The translations under genes were made by a program, and so were the position numbers. From positions 1,568,001 to 1,632,000 of the forward strand of contig CAWDSK010000006.1 of NCBI GenBank assembly GCA_963804995.1: 64,000 bases of DNA, given 5' to 3'. Below are positions 58,822 through 64,000 of this stretch, one piece after another. The first letter of the stretch is position 1. Each line of letters starts with the position of its first letter. The DNA comes from an uncultured Acidobacteriota bacterium. Lineage in GTDB: Bacteria; Acidobacteriota; Terriglobia; UBA7540. Under the pieces are notes generated by a model. That model was given only the letters and a program-made list of their open reading frames with translations, was not told where the DNA came from and did no database searches.

Positions 58822-61236
58822 ATGCGTGACATCCGCAAAGTGGCCGTGCTGGGCGCGGGGACGATGGGGGCTCGTATTGCGGCCCATTTGGCCAATGCCT
58901 CCGTTCCGTGCCTGCTGCTCGACATAGTTCCTAAAGAGTTAACACGGCAGGAACAAGCCAAGGGGCTGACGCTGGCCGCCCCCCAAGTGCGGAATCGCTT
59001 CGCGCAGGGGGGCCTGGATGCAGCGCTGAAATCACGACCCGCGGCCTTCTTCGTTCCGGAAGCGGCTCGGATGATCACGGTCGGGAATTTGGAAGACCAT
59101 CTCAGCGAGCTTGAAGATTGCGATTGGATCATCGAGGCGGTAACGGAAGATCGCGTCTTGAAGCGGGCATTGCTGGAAAGGGTCCAGGCGGTTCGTGCTA
59201 TCCATGCGATCGTAAGCTCAAACACTTCCGGCATTGCCATTTCATCCTTGGGGGAGGGTTTCAGCCTGGACTTCCGGCAGCACTTCCTGGGCACACACCT
59301 TTTCAATCCCCCGCGCTACCTGCGACTGCTGGAGATCACCCCTACTCCCGAAACACTCCCGGAAGTCGTCCGGGCGATCTCGCGTTTTGGCGATGTTGTG
59401 CTCGGTAAAGGCGTGGTGGTCGCCAAGGACACCCCGAATTTCATTGCCAATCGCATTGGAACTTTCACGACACTGAATGTTCTCCGCCTCATGCAGAAGG
59501 ACGGTTATACGATCGAGGAGATTGACCTGCTGACGGGTCCCGCGCTGGGCATGCCCAAGTCCGCCACCTTCCGCACCCTCGACATCGTCGGTCTGGATGT
59601 GCTGGCCCATGTAGTAAAGAACCTGCGCGAGTCGTTGCCGCAGGATGAGCGGCGTGACCTTTTCGAAATCCCGGACTTTGTGGAGCAAATGCTCCAGCGT
59701 AACCTGCTGGGCGATAAGACCGCGCAGGGGTTTTACAAGAAGGTCAAGGGTCAGGACGAAGAATCGAGTGAGATCCTGACGCTCAACCTCCGCACCTTCG
59801 AATACCGGGCGAGAAAACATCCGGGTTTCCCAACCCTGGAGCTGGCACGCAACGTCGAGGACTTGCGTGAGCGCCTGAAGATCCTTTTCCAAGCGACGGA
59901 TCGATCCGGCCAGTTCTATCGCACCATCCTTTCCGACACTTTTCACTATGCGGCCATGCGAGTGCCGGAAATCTCCGATGACATCAACTCCATCGATAAT
60001 GCGATGAAGTGGGGGTTCAATTGGGATTGCGGCATTTTTGAGATGTGGGATGCGATAGGTGTCGGACGCATTGTGGAAGATTGGGTCAAGGAAAAACGTA
60101 CTCTGCCGCCGTTGGTGGAGAGCCTTCAGTCGGCGGGAGGCAAATCCTTCTACACGGAGACCCAGGGAGTCACCCGGTACTTTGATCTAGCTTCGGCAAG
60201 CTATCACACGCTCGAGGATACGCCTGGAATCATCCTGCTTCCCGCGCTCAAGGCCCGCCAGAAGGAAATTAGAAAGAACGCTGGGGCAAGCCTGATCGAC
60301 CTGGGCGACGGCGTGTTGTGCCTGGAGTTCCATTCAAAGATGAACACGGTCGGCGCAGACACTGTGCAAATGGTGCATGCCGGGCTGAAAGCCCTCAACG
60401 AGGGATTTGAAGCCATGATCATTGGCAACCAGGCGCCAAACTTTTGCGTGGGCGCGAATCTGATGCTCGTCCTGATGGCCATTCAAGAAGGTGAGTGGGA
60501 AGAGATTCACCAGGCCGTCCGCGCCTTTCAGAATGCCAACCTGGCTTTGAAGTACGCCGCCAAACCCGTGGTGGCAGCGCCTTTTGGCATGACGCTGGGT
60601 GGAGGAACAGAAATGTGCCTGCACGCCGCGCGAGTGCGCGCGGCGGCGGAGACTTACATGGGCTTGGTCGAAGCCGGCGTAGGACTGATTCCTGCCGGCG
60701 GCGGTACCAAGGAGATGCTTTTGCGGGCCCTCGACGCGGTGCCACCTGATCCTGAAGCAGACCCCTTCACCTATGTGAAGGAGGTATTCCTAAACATTGG
60801 CATGGCCAAGGTTTCCACCAGCGCGGCGGAGGCACGCCGGCTGCGGTACCTCTCACCGCAGGATTCGATCAGCATGAACCACGACCGGCAGATCGCGGAC
60901 GCAAAGCAACTGGCGCTCGACCTGGTTCGACTTGGATATCGCCCCGGGAAACCGAGGGGTGATATTCGCGCCCTAGGCCAACCCGCTTTCACGAAGATGA
61001 AGTTGGGCCTTCACCTGATGCGCCGTGCTGAATACATATCGGACTACGATGTAGTCGTGGCGACCGCGCTCGCCAAGGTGCTCTCCGGCGGCGGTGAATT
61101 CACGTCACCGCAATCGGTCTCAGAACAATACCTGCTGGACCTGGAACGTGAAGCCTTTGTCAGCCTTTGCGGGCAGAAGAAGACTGTCGAGCGCATCCAG
61201 CACACGCTTAAAAAGGGTAAACCGCTGAGGAATTAA
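58822..61236 (+). CDS. fadN: 3-hydroxyacyl-CoA dehydrogenase / enoyl-CoA hydratase (FadN type)
   Basis: VAVLGAGTMG, SSNTSG, HLFNPPRY, KDTPNFIANR, LGGGTE, GLVEAGVGLIP and GKPLRN motifs. Confidence 0.9.
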   Translation: MRDIRKVAVLGAGTMGARIAAHLANASVPCLLLDIVPKELTRQEQAKGLTLAAPQVRNRFAQGGLDAALKSRPAAFFVPEAARMITVGNLEDHLSELEDCDWIIEAVTEDRVLKRALLERVQAVRAIHAIVSSNTSGIAISSLGEGFSLDFRQHFLGTHLFNPPRYLRLLEITPTPETLPEVVRAISRFGDVVLGKGVVVAKDTPNFIANRIGTFTTLNVLRLMQKDGYTIEEIDLLTGPALGMPKSATFRTLDIVGLDVLAHVVKNLRESLPQDERRDLFEIPDFVEQMLQRNLLGDKTAQGFYKKVKGQDEESSEILTLNLRTFEYRARKHPGFPTLELARNVEDLRERLKILFQATDRSGQFYRTILSDTFHYAAMRVPEISDDINSIDNAMKWGFNWDCGIFEMWDAIGVGRIVEDWVKEKRTLPPLVESLQSAGGKSFYTETQGVTRYFDLASASYHTLEDTPGIILLPALKARQKEIRKNAGASLIDLGDGVLCLEFHSKMNTVGADTVQMVHAGLKALNEGFEAMIIGNQAPNFCVGANLMLVLMAIQEGEWEEIHQAVRAFQNANLALKYAAKPVVAAPFGMTLGGGTEMCLHAARVRAAAETYMGLVEAGVGLIPAGGGTKEMLLRALDAVPPDPEADPFTYVKEVFLNIGMAKVSTSAAEARRLRYLSPQDSISMNHDRQIADAKQLALDLVRLGYRPGKPRGDIRALGQPAFTKMKLGLHLMRRAEYISDYDVVVATALAKVLSGGGEFTSPQSVSEQYLLDLEREAFVSLCGQKKTVERIQHTLKKGKPLRN

Positions 61237-61338
61237 GCCGCCCCCAGGACCCAAGGGTGCATGCCTTGGGTCGGCGTCGAGGGAAAGTACCATCGCATCA
61301 TATCTATAGGGGTTGTGGGAGCAAGGCAGGAGGAAGGT

Positions 61339-62580
61339 ATGAAAGAAGCAGTAATCGTTTCCATTGCGCGCACGGCGGTGGGCAAAGCGCCGCGCGGCAC
61401 GTTGCGTTCCACCCGGCCGGATGACATGGCGGCGGTGGTGATCCAGGAGGCCCTGCGGCGCGCGGCGGGGCTCGACGTGGCCGAAGTGGAGGACGTGATC
61501 CTGGGGTGCGCCATGCCGGAGGCCGAGCAAGGAAGTAACGTAGCCCGGGTGGCAATGCTGCGCGCCGGCCTTCCCGTAACGTGCTCAGCCATGACCATCA
61601 ACCGTTTTTGCTCGTCAGGACTGCAGGCCATTGCAATCGCGTCCGAGCGGATCCTGGCGGGTTTCGCAGAGGTCGTGGTGGCGGGCGGCACAGAGACGAT
61701 GAGTATGATCCCCAGAGGTGGATACCATTTCTCTCCGAACCCTTACCTGATGGAGCATTATCCGGACGCCTATCTGAGCATGGGGCTTACCGCTGAGAAC
61801 CTGGCAGTGAAGTATCACATCACGAGGGAAGAACAGGACCGGTTTGCATTGCGCAGCAACCAACGGGCGATTGCGGCCATCGAGCAAGGCAAATTCAAGG
61901 AAGAGATCGCGCCCCTAGAAGTCGTGGAGGTGAGTCTCAACGGGGGGAACAAGCCGCAGACGCGGAAGCTGATTTTCGATACGGACGAAGGGCCGCGGCG
62001 CGACACCTCCCGGGAGGCGCTCGAGAAACTCAAACCAGCGTTCCACGCGCACGGGACCGTGACGGCAGGGAACGCGTCGCAGATGAGCGACGGTGCGGCT
62101 GCCGCGGTGGTGATGTCAAGCGAGAAGGCGCAGGCTCTGGGCCTGAGGCCGCTTGCACGCTTCGTGAGTTATGCCACGGCTGGATGTCCTCCGGAGGAAA
62201 TGGGCTTAGGCCCGGTTTACGCCATCCCCAAAGCCTTGAAGCTTGCTGGACTGACCTTGGCGGAGATGGAAGTCATCGAACTGAACGAGGCCTTCGCGGC
62301 GCAAGCACTTTCGGTCATCAAGCTGGCAGACCTCGATTTGAAAAAGACTAACGTGAACGGCGGAGCGATTGCGCTGGGGCATCCGCTGGGGTGCACGGGC
62401 GCGAAGTTGACAGCGAGCTTGTTAGCCGAACTGGCACGCCGGAAAGCGCGCTACGGCATGGTAACCATGTGCGTGGGCGGGGGTATGGGCGCGGCGGGGA
62501 TTTTTGAGAACTTGCAGGAGCCCGGTAACGGAGCTGAGCTTAGCGCCCCCAGGCGCGGAGGAGTCTCGTGGAGAGAGTAA
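61339..62580 (+). CDS. fadA: Acetyl-CoA C-acyltransferase (thiolase)
   Basis: [28 protein letters not shown] and MCVGGGMG motifs. Confidence 0.93.
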   Translation: MKEAVIVSIARTAVGKAPRGTLRSTRPDDMAAVVIQEALRRAAGLDVAEVEDVILGCAMPEAEQGSNVARVAMLRAGLPVTCSAMTINRFCSSGLQAIAIASERILAGFAEVVVAGGTETMSMIPRGGYHFSPNPYLMEHYPDAYLSMGLTAENLAVKYHITREEQDRFALRSNQRAIAAIEQGKFKEEIAPLEVVEVSLNGGNKPQTRKLIFDTDEGPRRDTSREALEKLKPAFHAHGTVTAGNASQMSDGAAAAVVMSSEKAQALGLRPLARFVSYATAGCPPEEMGLGPVYAIPKALKLAGLTLAEMEVIELNEAFAAQALSVIKLADLDLKKTNVNGGAIALGHPLGCTGAKLTASLLAELARRKARYGMVTMCVGGGMGAAGIFENLQEPGNGAELSAPRRGGVSWRE

Positions 62581-62954
62581 CGGGATTCGGCGGATTGTTT
62601 TTCAAGGCGGAGGATCCAGAGGCATTGTACGCGTGGTACGAAAAACATCTTGGCCTGAAGCGGGGCCCGGAGGGTGGGGTCACTATCAGATGGCATCCAC
62701 CCGGTGAAGAAGGTAAAGAGGGCGTGACGGTGTGGGGAATCTTTCCGAAGACCACGTCTTACTTCAACCCCAGCCGGGCGAGTTTCATGATGAACTTCCG
62801 CGTGGCGGACCTGGACACACTCCTCGAAGTCCTCAAAGAAGAAGGCGTGGAGATTGACCCACGCCGCGAAGATTACGACTACGGACGCTTTGCCTGGATC
62901 ATGGACCCCGAGGGGAACCGAATCGAGTTCTGGGAACCGCGCGCGGGAATTTGA
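62568..62954 (+). CDS. VOC/glyoxalase family protein
   Basis: [21 protein letters not shown] and YGRFAWIMDPEGNRIEFWEP motifs. Confidence 0.9.
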   Translation: MERVTGFGGLFFKAEDPEALYAWYEKHLGLKRGPEGGVTIRWHPPGEEGKEGVTVWGIFPKTTSYFNPSRASFMMNFRVADLDTLLEVLKEEGVEIDPRREDYDYGRFAWIMDPEGNRIEFWEPRAGI

Positions 62955-63022
62955 GGGCTGCACTTGCGAGCTGTTCAGCCGACGGGTGGAAAAAGGCGGA
63001 GCCGGAAAACGCCGGGGAAACA

Positions 63023-64000
63023 ATGGAAAATACTTCTCTGAATAACGCCAAGCGAATTAAAGGCGGCAGCTTTCTTATTGAATCGCGAGCGCCCGCGGAG
63101 ATCTTCACGCCAGAGGACATCACAGATGAGCACCGGCTGATTGCTGAGACGGCGGAGGAATTCGTCAATCGGGAAATTGTGCCGCGTGCCAAGGACATCG
63201 AGGAGAAGAAACCGGGACTGCTGCGCGAGCTTTTGAAAAAGGCGGCGGAAGTGGGCCTGTGCGCTACGGATGTGCCGCAAAAGTTCGGCGGTCTTGAGCT
63301 TGACAAGATTTCGTCCATTCTGGTGGCCGAGAAAATGGCGCGCAATGGATCCTGGGCGGCAACGGCAGGCGCACAATCGGGAATCGGAACGCTGCCCATA
63401 GCCTTTTTTGGCACAGAAGATCAGAAAGCGAGATACGTGCCCAAGCTGGCAAGCGCGGAGTGGGTGGGCTCCTATTGCCTGAGTGAGGCGTCTTCGGCTT
63501 CCGACGCGCTTCATTGCAAGTCCCATGCTGCGCTCAGTTCCGATGGAAAATACTACACCCTGAATGGGACCAAAATGTGGGTCACGAGCGGGGGCATCGC
63601 AGATGTTTACGTGGTCTTCGCCAAAGTGGACGGAGAGAAATTCACGGCCTTTATAGTGGAGCGCAATTTCCCCGGAGTCTCCCCCGGCGCCGAGGAGCAC
63701 AAGATGGGTATCCGCGGCTCCTCCACCACGCCCCTGAACCTTCGAGAACGTCCCCGTGCCCGTAGAGAACGTCTTGGGAGAGATCGGGAAGGGGCATTTG
63801 ATCGCCTTCAACATTTTGAACGTGGGCCGGTTCAAGTTGGGTGCAGGGTGCGTAGGAGGATGTAAATACCTGCTGAGTGACGCCTTGAGATGGGCCAAGG
63901 AGCGGGAGGCGTTTGGCCGCAAGATCGCGGACTTCGGGCTGATCAAGGAGAAACTCGGGGAGATTGTAGGACGAACCTATGCGATCGAAAGCATCTCCTA
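63023..64000 (+). CDS. Acyl-CoA dehydrogenase (FadE type); 1-bp frameshift at ~63741; runs off the window end
   Basis: KGGSFL, YCLSEASSASDA, LNGTKMWVT and KMGIRGSST; shifted frame continues ENVPVPVENVLGEIGKGH.IAFNILNVGRFKL. Confidence 0.9.

Noticed and set aside
1..64000. tRNA, rRNA or prophage genes
   Set aside because: No cloverleaf, rRNA-like sequence or phage structural genes recognised; a tRNAscan/Infernal run would confirm.

Overview
GC-rich bacterial chromosomal window, probably Acidobacteriota (inferred from an Oar-like TonB-dependent receptor, an ADOP-permease C-terminal remnant 'KVDPMMALRYE', and TonB/GT-C gene content). No rRNA, tRNA or CRISPR array was seen. 1-19.7 kb is a cell-surface glycosylation locus: a UbiA-type polyprenyl-phosphate phosphoribosyltransferase, DprE1-like and DprE2-like genes (a lipid-linked arabinofuranose donor pathway), four GT-C-type membrane proteins, two Thr-type sulfatase-fold membrane enzymes and a CmcI-type methyltransferase. 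The rest is metabolic and housekeeping (lactate permease, MurB, acyl-CoA ligase, glycoside hydrolase plus TonB receptor, PilZ protein, glycerate kinase, HppA, FhlA-like regulator, fadN-fadA-fadE) with an accessory patch at 38-43.5 kb (HigBA, decayed toxin, IS and RAYT genes, foreign ORFs). The most striking feature is a dense, nested set of small mobile repeats: an intact RAYT with REPINs; GxxExxY and four-helix-bundle genes each bracketed by their own inverted repeat arrays; MITEs with provable target duplications that insert into REP hairpins or at stop codons; an IS630; and a group II intron inserted precisely into a GTAG-REP. Five genes carry single-base frameshifts, three of them at CTCGAA, which suggests long-read basecalling errors. 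All product calls come from motif recognition only; no database searches were run.
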